Positions 38,386-52,391 of a stretch of 64,000 bases of DNA are shown in pieces (within the stretch, counting starts at the first letter, position 1; each line of letters starts with the position of its first letter). The notes under the pieces are model-generated. The model saw only the letters and a list, made by a program, of their open reading frames with translations. It made no database searches and was not told the DNA's origin. Source of the DNA: Antedon mediterranea (taxonomy: Eukaryota; Animalia; Echinodermata); contig NC_092673.1 of assembly GCF_964355755.1 (NCBI RefSeq), positions 31,617,648 to 31,681,647 on the forward strand, given 5' to 3'. A program made the translations under genes and the position numbers.

Positions 38386-39621
38386 GTTCTAGCCCGTAAT
38401 TAGTTAAGATAAATATTTTGGCACATATGGCGTTTCATACGTATAATATAATACTCAAGCCGATTTTCCACTAGGCGAATTTGTTCGCGCGAATCCAACG
38501 TTTCGAAGAGCATTTCCTGAGCTCTGATTGGTGGCGCAATATTTCGCTTCGCAAAAAGTAGAAACAATTCGAACTAGTAAATTTTGCTGCAGCGAAAAAT
38601 CGAAGGAACTAGATTCGTCGCAGAAGGGAGTATGACAGACAGAAACTCAAATACGCATGGGCATAGCAAACAAATTCAACAAAAATGTAAGTAAACAAGT
38701 ATGATTACTGCAACACAAATTCTTATTTTTGTAAGTACAATGGGATTGAGGTTCAGTGGTGCCCTTTTCATATTTCCCCCTCAAGGTCTACTATTATTTA
38801 TTTCTTGCAATTCATACTGTATTGAAAACAGGAACAATAGTGTAACTACTACTAGTATTCAAAACAAACATTACTAAATCTAAGTTCAATTGTTAGATAT
38901 GGATGGTAGCATGTTATGCTTTAATTATTTTGTACAAAAGATTACTCTATTCAATTTTTTTATTTAGACTGGCAAAAGAAGTTTTCTTGCTCTAGGGTAA
39001 ATTATTCAATAAGTAAAGGAATTTGGGTGCCTAATACAGTATCTAGGTAAAATAAGTACCTGGACAGTAATCACCTGGGACAATAACAACCCATAATGGA
39101 TTTAACTATCGAGGTGGGGAGACTGAATAATGTTGCGCAAGATACAATGTATATCTATAATATAGGAAATGGTGCAATTCATGATTTAAAATAATTTAAT
39201 AGTGGCAATGCAATCAAAACAGGTAGGAAGATATGTAAAAAATATACTACATGCAAAAGAATATTTATATATAAACAGACAGGCACAGAACATGAATTGT
39301 AAACCGCCTGGTGATATACGGTAATTTAATTTGGAATGATAAAAATGAGGAAATTTGTGAGAATGAGAAAAGTCAACATTGTTCTCCACCCTACTCTAAC
39401 AATGGTAAAATCCAATATGGTTGGTCATTTTCCTATGTTGTTGATTTCCTCACTCGTTCCGGCTATTAATGTTAGTAAAAACTGTATGATTAAAGAACTA
39501 TAACCCAGAAAATTAATTAGCAGGTGCAATGGATGGTAAAATGAATTATGTAATTGTGTAAAGCTATAGCGGTATAGATGTGGTTACCTGAAGAATATTT
39601 AAATAATTTTATTATTGAGCA

Positions 39622-39935
39622 AGAAACAGTTGGCTATGCATGGATGGCGATCTCCATATTCTATAGCATAAAAAATGAAAACAAATATTGAATACAATAG
39701 GCCTATCTGTAGAATGTACTGTTATTGAATTTTTATTTCGTATAGAATTTATTGAACAGCAAGATTGCTTGATGTGACGTACAGAAACAGTTGGCTATGC
39801 ATGGATGGCGATCTCCATATTCTATAGCATAATAAATGAAAACAAATATTGAATACAATAGGCCTATCTGTAGAATGTACTGTTATTGAATTTTTATTTC
39901 GTATAGAATTTATTGAACCACAAGATCGCTTGACG
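39622..39935. repeat. Direct tandem duplication (~160 bp x2)
   Basis: AGAAACAGTTGGCTATGCATGGATGGCGATCTCC..GAATTTATTGAAC is repeated at ~39622 and ~39783. Confidence 0.9.
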
Positions 39936-40412
39936 CACAGAACGCTGCGGAAAAGGTGTTGGCACTTAGCATAAATAACAATACTTTAACCAGTGAGTTG
40001 TTTGTATTGATCAATGTTGCTAAGCTATGGAGAGAGAGAAGGTGGGTTTAGAGGCAGTATCGGAAAGATCTACCAAGAATGATGTACTCTTACAGACTTT
40101 AGACTCATTGCAGTGTAAGGTAATAAAATGTTTTTCTTAATAATTTAACATACTTTAAATGTTGTCTTTGTATCAAAATAAATAAAAGACCATTCATTAC
40201 AAGGACATTATGATATGAATTCTACTGGTATCCGCCATTTTCAAGCCTGCAGACATTTTTTTGTATAGGGATTCGTTTCTACAAACGAGTAAAAATTGTC
40301 CTAAGAATTGACTAATCTTTAGTTTGAAAATGATTTGCAGCTTATTTCTATAGTTTTCATTATTATTTCAATTTTTTAAACTGATTTTTTAACTGATTAG
40401 GGTACTAGTTTA

Positions 40413-43400
40413 GGGTAGTAACAAAGTGCGAGGCAGCGAGGCACGTGAGGCAGGGAAGGCATGCGAGGCAAGTCAGAAATTTATGCGAGGCATCGTTTTA
40501 CCATCATCAAAAAATGCAAGGCATCATTTTATCATTTCTCAAAATTGCAAGGCAGGAAATCACCGAAATTGAAGTAGCCTACTACTAGGCCTAGCCCCGC
40601 TAGGCTAGTTTCCTTTTGCACCTGCCTTGTAATTTAACCAAGGCTTTATCCTGAATACCACAGCTTAGAATTAGTAGGCCTACTTTAATGAAGAAAAATC
40701 ACATAAAAGTAACAATAAATCCATTAAATTGGTGATTTTACAGACGTTGTTTTTCTCGCATTTCGCACACTCAATGTTCAATATTTTGGTTTCTATGGAA
40801 CGCCAAAAGAGCAAAATTAATTAGAGGGCTAAAAACTCTGTGGAATCCATTTATATTTAACGCATTATTTGGTGAAAATCAAGTACAATTTCAATAGATT
40901 TTGTCACTGTCAGTAAGGAAAAATGTTACTGTTGATAATGTACACGGGTTCGTTAACCTTTTAAAGAATAAAATAGAAAAATTCATCATAATATCCTTAG
41001 TAGGATGTCCTAGGTCTAGACTAGGTAGTGATGTTGATTTAGGATCGATTATTATTCTTTGAAAACAGAACAGTATCAGCAGTAACATATTACAACATTT
41101 TTATTGACAAATTAACAAATATATTGAAATAAAACGTGTTTTTCACCAATAAATGCATGAGAAATTGACGCATTCCACTGAGTTTTAGTCCTCTATTATC
41201 GTTGCTCTTTTGGCGCTCCATAGAAACAAAAATATTGAACATTGAATAAGTGAAATTCGCGAACAGTGTGCGAGAAACACGCCTGTAAAATCATTAATTT
41301 AAGGATTTATTTGTTACTTTTTATGTGATTCTTTCATTAAAGTACTCATGAGGTATACTTCTAAGGTGTGGTATTCACACGATAAAGTTAGTTATCAAAT
41401 TTGGAGTAAAAATACAAGCGAAGGAAACTAGCGCCAGGTTTATTAGTACGTACATGGACAACAATAAATAAAAATCGTTCGTAATATACCTAGCTTACTA
41501 AAACAGGAATAGTGTATCATTATTAAATATTACACCAATTATTATTTTATCAAAATTGATTAAATTATTTTCTACATAGGCCTCTTATCTAGGTTAGGGC
41601 TAAGCATATTAGCTAAAGTTTAATTTTAGTAGTATTACAATTGTCGGACGTAAGTCTTTTTTCACACACGCGCTCCAGAATTCTGTCGCAATTTTTTTCT
41701 TTGCGGCATGTTATTGGATCGGCATATCAGTTACCTTTTATTCACCGCCAGTTATTGAACTTGTCCTGGCAATCGCTGTTCACCTTATTTGCGAGAGAGG
41801 TACACGTGTTGTTCCTAGAGAATGGAATGTCAAAAATGTCTTTGGCACGCCGCTCAGAGAGAAGTCTGTGCGTTGCTGCTGAAACCACGTGCTATAGGAG
41901 GGGAATGCACCACAATCCTCTGAGCTGAGGGCTGAATCATTCCGCTACCTGCTAAATAGTAAAGAGGGATTTTCCATCTCCGGGTCTACCGGATCTAGGC
42001 GCAGGGGTGTGACAAAATATTATTTTCACTCTGCTATGTTCGAGAGACATGTGAGTGAACACGATCGAAATGCCAACAAACATTGCAGTCATTTGATGAG
42101 TGTGTCGCTATAACAATTATTGTTTATCGAAAGTTGAACGGTCCTTACACTATACTATTCAACCTTGTTTTTATAGTTGAGCCTCTCAAGACCTGGGATT
42201 TGTTTGTCTTCCTACGCCAAGATAATATAGTTCTACAAGCCATGTGCTTTTTTCTCTGAGAAATATTTATTATAAGTGCCAAAAAAATGTTTTTTTCTCG
42301 ATATGAAGCCTTTATTATTCAAATCTTTTAAAGAAAAATCACACATACCATAAAGAAGGTTCGTTTATTTCATTTTTGAAACAATATTTGTGAAAATTAC
42401 GTGAGGCTCAACTACAAAACCACCATTTTGTGATATGATGTCATCGTAAGCCAATCAAAGCTGAGCTTTCCCGCGATCGGCAGAGCTCACGGTTGAATGA
42501 TTTTGGATTCTGGCTATTTTGGATTGGTGGACACGAATCACCCACAGCGGAATGTTTTCTCTCGCGCGCGTGTACCAAGAAGTCACGTGATCTCTCTGTA
42601 TTGAACGGTACTCTACACAAATTTAGAGCAATGAATTTGTACGAATTCCGTTAAATAAACAACTCTATATATTTTATAAACATTTAATAACATATTTTAT
42701 TGATATTTCCAATGTTGATATATAAAAGAAATTACTATAAAACGTAATTATATGTACAGTAATTATTTTAGCGAAAAATGGCGCAATTTGTTTACAACGT
42801 TCGTGGCTAAAAACGATCATTTTCGGCAATGTTTTAGACCCTATATTTCGAAAACTACAAGTCAGATTTTCGTAATTCTTTCTTTATTGGAATATTGAAA
42901 CAAAATACCAACAGATAATGTTTAAATTGGTTGAAAAATAACAACTTTTAATTTTGCATCGTTATCCCTGCTAATAAAGTGTCATTTCCGGCGAACTAGA
43001 AAAGGTGCCATTTATCATGGATTTTGCGTGCGAGAGTGCCATTTCCGGCCATCTAAGTGTGTCCTGTAACAAAATTCGCTTCGCCACAACCCCCACCATG
43101 GGGGGCTGTGGCTCAAATACTCAATATCTGATGTGCCCTTTTTATCGGCGGACCCCCCCCCCCCCCTCTCAAAAATGTCTGGATCCGCCCCAGATGCTGT
43201 TTATTTTTATGTAACGATTGTTTTTTTCATTCAAGTCATATTGTGTCAAATTTTACTTTTACATAAGTGCCCAAACTGTTCAAAAGTTGTGCATCCGTAT
43301 GCGCCATATTTTCAAAATCTGAACCGACAGTCTTCAACTTTCGATAAACAATAATTGTTAATGTTATAGCGACACTCATCAAATGACTGCCATGTTTGTT

Positions 43401-46400
43401 GGCATTTCGAGCGTGTTCACTTTACAATTAATTTAACATGTCCCTCGAAAATAGCAGAGTGAAAATAATATTTTGTCACACCCCCGCGCCTCAATCCGGT
43501 AGACCCAAGAGATGGAAAATCCCTCTTTACTATTTAGCAGGTAGCGGAATGATTCTGCCCTGAGAGGATTTGGCCTTGTGACGATTCCCCTCCTATAGCA
43601 CGTGGTTTCAGCAGCAATGCACAGACTTCTCTCTGTCGAGCGGCGTGCCAAAGACATTTTTGACATTCCATTCTATAGGAAATCAACACATGTACCTCTC
43701 TCGCAAATAAAGTGAACAGCGATGGCCAGAACAAGTTCAATAACTGGCGGTGAATAAAAGGCAACTGATATGCCGATCAAATAATATGCCGCAAAGAAAA
43801 AAATTGCGAGAGAATTCTAGAGCTTGTGTGAAAAAGACTTACGTCCGACAATCATAATACTAGGCCTAAAATTAAACTTTAGCTAATATGCTTAGCCCTA
43901 ACCTAGAGGCCTATGTAGAAAATAATTTAATCAATTTTGATATAATAATAATTGGTGTAATATTAATAATGATACACTATTCCTGTTTAGATAGTAGGCT
44001 AGGTATATTGCGAGCTATTTTTATTTATTGTTGTCCATGTACGTACTCTAATATCTAATAAACCTGGCGCTAGTTTCCTTCGGTTGTATTTTGACTCCAA
44101 ATTTGATAACTAACTTTATCGTGTGAATATACCACACCTTAGGCCCTGTTTCTGCTGCCAACTAAATACCGTATATTATACGGTATTTTTTTAATACCGT
44201 ATATATACGGTATATTTTTGGCAGCAGAAACTGCGCTCATAAAAAATATACCGTATTTTGTATACCGTATTTTCCCCACAATTAATGAATTTACAGGCGT
44301 GTTTCACTATTCACGAATTTCGCTTATTCAATGTTCAATATTTTTGTTTCTATGGAGCGCAAAAAGAGCCACGATAACAGAGAACTAAAACTCAGTGGAA
44401 TGCGTCAATTTCTCTTGCATTTATTGGTGATAAACATGTTTAATTACAATATATTTGTTAATTTGTCAATAAAAATCTGTAATATGTTACTGCTGATACT
44501 GTTCTGTTTTCAAAGATTAATAATCGATCCTTAATCAGCATCACCACCTAGCCTAGACCTAGGACATCCTTGTTATTGTCACGATCTTTTTGGTTATCCG
44601 CACTTGGCGGATAACCCCTTGTTATTGTCAGGATCTTTTTTTTTTTTTGGTTATCCGCACTTGGCGGATAACCCCTTGTTATTGTCAGGATCTTTTTGGT
44701 TATCCGCACTTGGCGGATAACCCCTTGTTATTGTCAGGATCTTTTTTTTTTTCTTTTTTTTTTTCTATGTTCTTCTTTCTTTCCACGATTTTTGTTCGCA
44801 GCGTATCTCTAATTCTGGCCAACATATGATTGTATAACTTTATCAAAAGATTGCTCTGTTGCTGTAGATGTGCAAGAAACTTTTTTTTTTGAATTTCGAG
44901 TAGCGCAGCGTAAGTTACGCGCGATTTTATGAATTTCAATGATTGATCATAGATTAAAAACCAAAAGCCATTTTCTATTGAAACTTGGTGAAAATTTAAG
45001 TTATATCATGCGCAAACTTTCTATGGATTAAGAATGGCATGTTTCACATAAAGTTATGCGCGCACGCGCGCTCAAAATTTCAAAATGCGCAAATTTCATT
45101 TCTAATCAACTTTCTACGCGTTTCATGTCATTTTGAGCATTTCAAAAATTCCAACAAATGCGCATTATTTTTACGCGCGCGTGCGCACGTAGCGCAAAAA
45201 CATCTTTGTTTTGCTTGATTTTTGTTTTTTCAGCCTTCTCTAGTAATTTTACCAACTTTCAAACAATTTCGACTTAAAATCACGTCATACGAGCACGTAA
45301 AATTGAACAATTTGCGCGCGTTTTTGATGAAAAAGTTCAAAAATTCGTGAAAATTATGCCTTTCTTTAAAAAGTTATAAATTCTAAACTCTGTGGTGAAA
45401 ATTTTTAAAATTACATATTCTGGTAGTAGATGAGTTGCAGATATCGAATCATGTATCAATATGGCTAACAGGACATTTTGACGTCATCGTATGGCCACTC
45501 GAATATAAAATATAGGATTTTTGTCTCTTTCGCATAGCTCATCAAATTTAATAGAGCGCATCTCCACTTATCCGTATTCCATTTCCCCCCATTTTGTTAT
45601 ATTGTCTAGGCCAATCAATTATCTTTTGCATGATCTACCATTTTTTAAATTGTGATGACGTCATCATGTCCAAAAGCGTCAATAACTATAGGGTCCCTTA
45701 TTTTCACCTATTCTGCACTGTATGTAGTACGTATACAGAATATAGTGTATACCGTATATACTTTGACGTGACGCAAAATAGAGAGCGCACTAACATTTTC
45801 TCAATGGCATAATCGTTTTTCTGCGCGCAATATTCTAACGTATGAAGTGCACGTGGCGTTTGCGCTGCGGATAACCTAACTCGTCCGTAGTGACGAGTTC
45901 AAATCTAGTTTTTTTTCTTTTTTTTTTTTTTTTTTTTTTTTTTCTATGTTCTTCTTTCTTTCCACGAATTTTGTTCGCAGCGTATCTCTAACTCTGGCAA
46001 ACATATGATTGTATAACTGTGTCAAAAGATTGCCCTGTAGGTGTAGATGTGCAAGAAACTTTTTTTTATGAATTTTGAGTTGCGCAGCGTAAGTTACGCG
46101 CGGTTTTATGAATTTAAATGATTGATCATAGATTAAAAACCGAAAGTCATTTTGTATTGAAACTTGGTGAACATTTAAGTCATATCAAGCGCAAACTTTC
46201 TATGGATTAAAAATGGCATGTTTCACAGGAAGTTACGCGCGCACGCGCGTTTAAAATTTCAAAATGCAAAAAATCAACTTCTAATCAACTTTCTACGCGT
46301 TTCATGTCATTTTGAGCATTTCAAAAATTCCCAGGCATGCGCAATTTTTTTACGCGCGCGTGCGCACGTAGCTCAAAAACATCTTTTTTTTGTTTGATTT

Positions 46401-47144
46401 TTGTTTTTCCAGCCTTTTCTAGTAAATTTACCAACTTTCAAACAATTTGGAGTTAAAATCACGTCATACGAGCACGTAGAATTGAAAAATGTTCGCGTGT
46501 TTTTGATGAAAAAGTTCAAAAATTCGTGAAAACTATGCCTTTATTTAAAAAGTCATAGATTCTAAACTCCGTGGTGAACATTTTTAAAATTTCAGATTCT
46601 GGAAGTAGATGAGTTGTAGATATCAAATCATGCATCCATATGGCTAACCGGACATTGTGACGTCATCGTATGGCCACTGGAATATAAAATATATGATTTT
46701 TGTCTCTTTCGCATAGCTCATCACATTTAATAGAGCGCATCTCTACTTATCCGTATTGCATTTCCCCCCATTTTGTTATATTGTCTAGGTCAATCAATTA
46801 TCTTTCGCATGGTTAACAATTTTTAAGATTGTTATGACGTCATCATTTGCAAAAGCGTCAATAACTTTGGTCACTTATTTTCACCTATTCTGCACTGTAT
46901 GTTGTACGTATACAGTATATAGCGTATACCGTATATACTTAGACGTGACACAAAATAGAGGGCTCACTAACATTTTTTTCAATGGCATAATCGTTTTTCT
47001 GCGCGCAATATTCTAACTTATGTGTCATGCGCGTGGCTTTTGCGCTGCGGATAACCTAACTCGTCCGTAGTGACGAGTTCAAATCTAGTTTTTTTTTTTT
47101 TTGGTTATCCGCACTTGGCGGATAACCCCTTGTTATTGTCAGGA

Positions 47145-47185
<41 letters not shown>

Positions 47186-50100
47186 CTTTATTCTTCTTTC
47201 TTTCCACGAATTTTGTTCGCAGCGTATCTCTAATTCTAGCCAACATATAATTCTATAACTTTGTTATAAGATTTGCCTGGATCTGTAGATGTGCATGACA
47301 TTTTTTTTTTCGAATTTCGAGACGCGCAGCGTAAGTTACGCGCAATTATATGAATTTCAATGATTGATCATAGATTAAAAACTAAAAGTCATTTTGTATT
47401 GAAACTCGGTGAAAATTTAAGTCATATCATGCGCAAACTTTCTATGGATTAAAAATGGCATGTTTCACATAAAGTTACGCGCGCACGCGCATTTAAAATT
47501 TCAAAATTTGTAAAATTAATTTCTAATCAACTTTCTACGCGTTTCAGGTCATTTTGAACATTTCAAAAATTCCCACGCGTGCGCAATTTTTTTACGCGCG
47601 CGTGCGCACTTAGCGCAAAAACATAAATTTTTTGATTGATTTTTGTTTTTTCAGCCTTTTCTAGTAAATTTACCAATTTTCAATCAATTTCGACTTAAAA
47701 TCACGTCATACGAGCACGTAGAATTGAACAATTTGCGCGCGTTTTTTATGAAAAAGTTCAAAAATTTGTCAAAATTATGCCTTTTTTAAAACAGTCATAG
47801 ATTCTAAACTCCGTGGGGAACTTTTTTAAAATTTCAGATTCCGGAAGTAGATGAGTTGTAGATAACAAATCATGCATCGATATGGCTAACCGGACATTGT
47901 GACGTCATCGTATGGCCACTCGAATATAAAATATAGGATTTTTCTCTCTTTCGCATAGCTCATCACATTTAATAGAGCGCATCTCCACTTATCCGTATTC
48001 CATTTCTCACCATTTTGTTATATTGTCTAGGCCAATCAATTATCTTTCGCATAATCTACCATTTTTTAAATTGTGATGACGTCATCATGTTCAAATGCGT
48101 CAATAACTTTGGTCACTTATTTTCACCTATTCTGCACTGTATGTAGTACGTATACAGTATATAGTGTATACCGTACACACTTAGACGCGACACAAAATAG
48201 AGGGCTCACTAACATTTTTTCAATGGCATAATCGTTTTTCTGCGCGCAATATTCTAACTTTGGTGTCATGCGCGTGGGTTTTGCGAGGCGGATAACCTAA
48301 CTCGTCCGTAGTGACGAGTTCAAATCTAGTTGGTTATCCGCACTTGGCGGATAATTGGTTATCCGCACTTGGCGGATAACCTCTTGTTATTGTCAGGATC
48401 TTTTTTTTTTTTTTTCTTTTTTTTTTTTTTCTATATTCTTCTTTCTTTCCACGAATTTTGTTGGCTGCGTATCTCTAATTCTGGCCAACATAAAGTTGTA
48501 TAACTTTGTGAAAAGATTGCCCTGTAGCTGTAGATGTGCAAGAAACTTTTTTTTATGAATTTTGAGTCGCGCAGCGTAAGTTACGCGCGATTTTATGAAT
48601 TTCAATGATTGATCATAGAATAAAAACTAAAAATCATTTTGTATAGAAACTTGGTGAAAATTTAAGTCATATTATGCGCTAACTTTCTATGGAGAGAAAA
48701 TGGCATGTTTTACAAAAAGTTACGCGCGCACGCGCGTTTAAAATTTCAAATTGCGAAAAATCAATTTCTAATCAACTTTCTACGCGTTTCATGTCATTTT
48801 GAGCATTTCAAAAATTCCCACGCGTGCGCACTTTTTTTACGCGCCCGTGCGCACGTAGCGCAAAAACATCTTTTTTTTGCTTGATTTTTGTTTTTTCTGT
48901 CTTTTATAATATATTTACCAATTTTCAATCAATTTTGCCTTAAAATCTCGTCATACGAGCACGTAGAATTAAACAATTTGCGCGCAATTTTGATGAAAAA
49001 GTCCAAAAATTTGTCAAAATTATGCCTTTTTTTAAACAGTCATAGATTCTAAACTACGTGGTAAACTTTTTTATAATTACATATTCTGGTAGTAGATGAG
49101 TTGTAGATATCGAATCATGTATCAATATGGCTATCAGGACATTGTGACGTCATCGTATGGCCACTCGAATATAAAATATAAGATTTTTTTCTCTTTCGTA
49201 TAGCTCATCACATTTAATAGAGCGCATCTCCACTTATCCGTATTCCATTGCCCTCCATTTCTTTATATTGTCTATGTCAATCAATTATCTTTCGCATGAT
49301 TCACCATTTTAAAAATTGTTATGACGTCATCATGTGCAAAAGCGTCAATAACTTTGGTCACTTATTTTCACCTATTCTGAACTGTATGTAGTACGTATAC
49401 GGTATATAGCGTATACCGTATACACTTTGACGTGACACAAAATAGAGAGCGCACTCACATTTTTTCAATGGCATAATCGTTTTTCTGCGCGCAATATTCC
49501 AACGTATGACGTGCACGTGGCTTTAGGACTGCGGATAACCTAACTCGTCCGTAGTGACGAGTTCAAATCTAGTTTTTTCTATGTTATTCTTCTTTCTTTC
49601 CCCGAATTTTGTTCGCAGCACATCTCTATCTTGTGGCCAACATAAGATTGTATAACTTTGTCATAAGGTTGACCTATAGCTGTAGATGTGCAGCCAAGCT
49701 TTTGGACGATTTTGGAGTTGCGCAGCGTAAGTTACGCGCGATTTTATGAATTTCAATGATTGATCATAGAATAAAAACTAAAAGTTGTTTTGTATTGAAA
49801 CTTTGTGAAAATTTAAGTGAGATCATGCGCAAACTTTCTATGGATTAAAAATGGCATGTTTCACAAAAAGTTACGCGCGCACGCGCGTTTGAAATTTCAA
49901 AATGCGAAAAATCAATTTCTAATCAACTTTCTATGCGTTTCATGTCATTTTGAGCATTTCAAAAATTCCCACACGTGCGCAATTTTTTTACGCGCGCGTG
50001 CGCACGTAGCGCAAAAACATCTTTTTTTTGCTTGATTTTTGTTTTTTCAGCCTTTTCTAGTACATTTACCAATTTTCAATCAATTTCGACTTAAAATCAC

Positions 50101-52391
50101 GTCATACGAGCACGTAGAATTGAACAATTTGCGCGCGTTTTTGAAGAAAAAGTTCAAAAATTCGTCAAAATTATGCCTTTTTTAAAACAGTCATAGATTC
50201 TAAACTCCGAGGTGAAAATATTTAAAATTTCAGATTCTGGAAGTAGATGAGTTGTTTTTCTCGAATCATGCATTGATATGGCTAACCAGACATTGTGACG
50301 TCATCGTATGGCCACCCGAATATAAAATATAGGATTTTTTTTTCTTTCGTCATAGCTCGTCAATTTAATAGAGCGCATCTCTACTTATCCTTATTCCATT
50401 TCACTCAATTTTTTTATATTGTCTAGATCAATCAATTACCTTTCGCATGATCCACCATTTTAAAAATTGTGATGACGTCATCATATTCAAATGCGTCAAT
50501 AACTTTGGTCACTTATTTTCACCTATTCTGCACTGTATGTAGTACGTATACAGTATATAGTGTTATACCGTATATACTTAGACGCGACGCAACATAGAGA
50601 GCGCACTAACATTTTTCAATGCCATAATCGTTTTATTTTTTTGCGCGCACTATTCTAACGTATGACGTGCACGTGGCTTTTGCACTGCGGATAACCTAAC
50701 TCGTCCGTAGTGACGAGTTCAAATCTAGTTTTTTTTTTTTCTATGGTCTTCTTTCTTTCCACGAATTTTGTTCGCAGCGTATCTCTAATTCTGGCCAACA
50801 TAATATTGTGTAACTTTGTCATAAGATTGACCTATAGCTGAAGATGTGCAGCCAAGCTTTTTGACGATGTCAGAGTCGCGCAGCGCAAGTTACGCGTGAT
50901 TTTATGAATTTCTCTTATTTAAGATAGATCGAAAACCAAAAATCATTTTGTATTGAAACTTGGCAAAAATGTAATTTATATCAAGCGCAAAGTTACGCTC
51001 GCACGCGCGTTTAAAATTTAGAAATACGAAAAATCAATTTCTAATCAACTTTCTACGCGTTTCAGGTCAGTTTAAGCATATCAAAAATGTCTGCGCGCGC
51101 GCAAAATTTCACGCGCACTTGGCCATGTATCGCAGTAAAAACATCTTTTTTTTTCAGCCTTTTCTAGTACTTTTACCAACTTTTAAACAATTTCGAACTA
51201 AAATTACGTCATGCGAGCACGTCGAATTGGACAATTTGTGCGCGTTTTTTATGAAAAAGTTCAAAAATTCGTTAAAATTATGCCTTTTTTAAACAGTCAT
51301 AAATTCTAAACTATGAGGTGAACTTTTAAAAAATTACATATTCTGGAAGGTGATGAGTTGTAGATATCGGATCATGAATCAATATGGCTAACCGGACATT
51401 GTGACGTCATCGTATGGCCACTCGAATATAAAATATAGGATTTTTGTCTCTTTCGTCATAGCGCATCACATTTAATAGAGCACATCTCTACTTATCCGTA
51501 TTCCATTTCCCCCGTTTTTTTATATTGTCTATGTCGATCAATTATCTTTCGCATGATTTACCATTTTTAAAATTGTGATGACGTCATCATGTTCAAAAGC
51601 GTCAATAACTTTGGTCACTTATTTTCACCTATTCTGCACAGTATGTAGTACGTATACAGTATATAGTGTATACTGTATATACTTAGACGTGACACAAAAT
51701 AGGGAGCACATTAACATTTTTTCAGTGGAATAATCGTTATACTGTGCGCAATATTCTAACGTATGACGTGCATGTGGCGTTTGCGCTGCGGATAACCTAA
51801 CTCGTCCGTAGTGACGAGTTCAAATCTAGTTCTATTTTATTTTTTAAAAGGTTAACGAAACCGTGTACAGTATCAATAGTAACATTTTTCCTTACTGACA
51901 GTGACAAAATCTATTGAAATTGTACGTGATTTTCACCAAATAATGCGTTAAATATATGGATTTCACAGAGTTTTTAGCCCTCTAATTAATTTTGCTCTTT
52001 TGGCGTTCCATAGAAACCAAAATATTGAACATTGAGTGTGCGAAATTCGCAAACAGTATGCGAGAAAAACGTCTGTAAAATCACCAATTTAACGGATTTA
52101 TTGTTACTTTTATGTGATTTTTCTTTATTAAAGTAGGCCTACTAATTCTAAGGTGTGGTATTCAGGATAAAGTTGGTTAACAAATTTCGAGTTAAAATAC
52201 AAGGCAGGTGCAAAAGGGAACTAGCGGGCCTAGGCTACTTCAATTTCGGTGATTTCCTGCCTCGCATTTTTGGATTTGATAAAATGATGCCTCGCATTTA
52301 TTGATGATGGTATAAACGATGCCTCGCATAAATTTCTGACTTGTCTCGCTTGCCTTCCCTGCCTCGCGTGCCTCGCACTTTGTTACTACCC
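40413..52391. mobile_element. Foldback-like element with ~1.7 kb inverted arms, right arm interrupted by a HINE cluster
   Basis: Termini GGGTAGTAACAAAGTGCGAGGCA (40413) and TGCCTCGCACTTTGTTACTACCC (52391). Left arm ~40413-42140 is inverted relative to ~43325-44569 plus ~51831-52391. Subterminal GAGGCA repeats. No target-site duplication recognised. Confidence 0.8.
44570..51831 (+). mobile_element. Six nested HINE elements (~1.15-1.2 kb bodies)
   Basis: 5' heads GGTTATCCGCACTTGGCGGATAACC-CCTTGTTATTGTCAGGATC(T)n. Six 3' ends GCGGATAACCTAACTCGTCCGTAGTGACGAGTTCAAATCTAGTT at ~45910, 47090, 48331, 49574, 50730 and 51831. Confidence 0.88.

Noticed and set aside
41641-43764. Pair of similar ORFs on opposite strands (MSKMSLARRS..)
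   Set aside because: They are mirror images from the foldback arms, with frames broken differently in each arm; no evidence of coding.
44570-44745. Short palindromic repeats resembling a CRISPR array or terminators
   Set aside because: These are stacked 5' heads of nested HINE elements separated only by poly-T.
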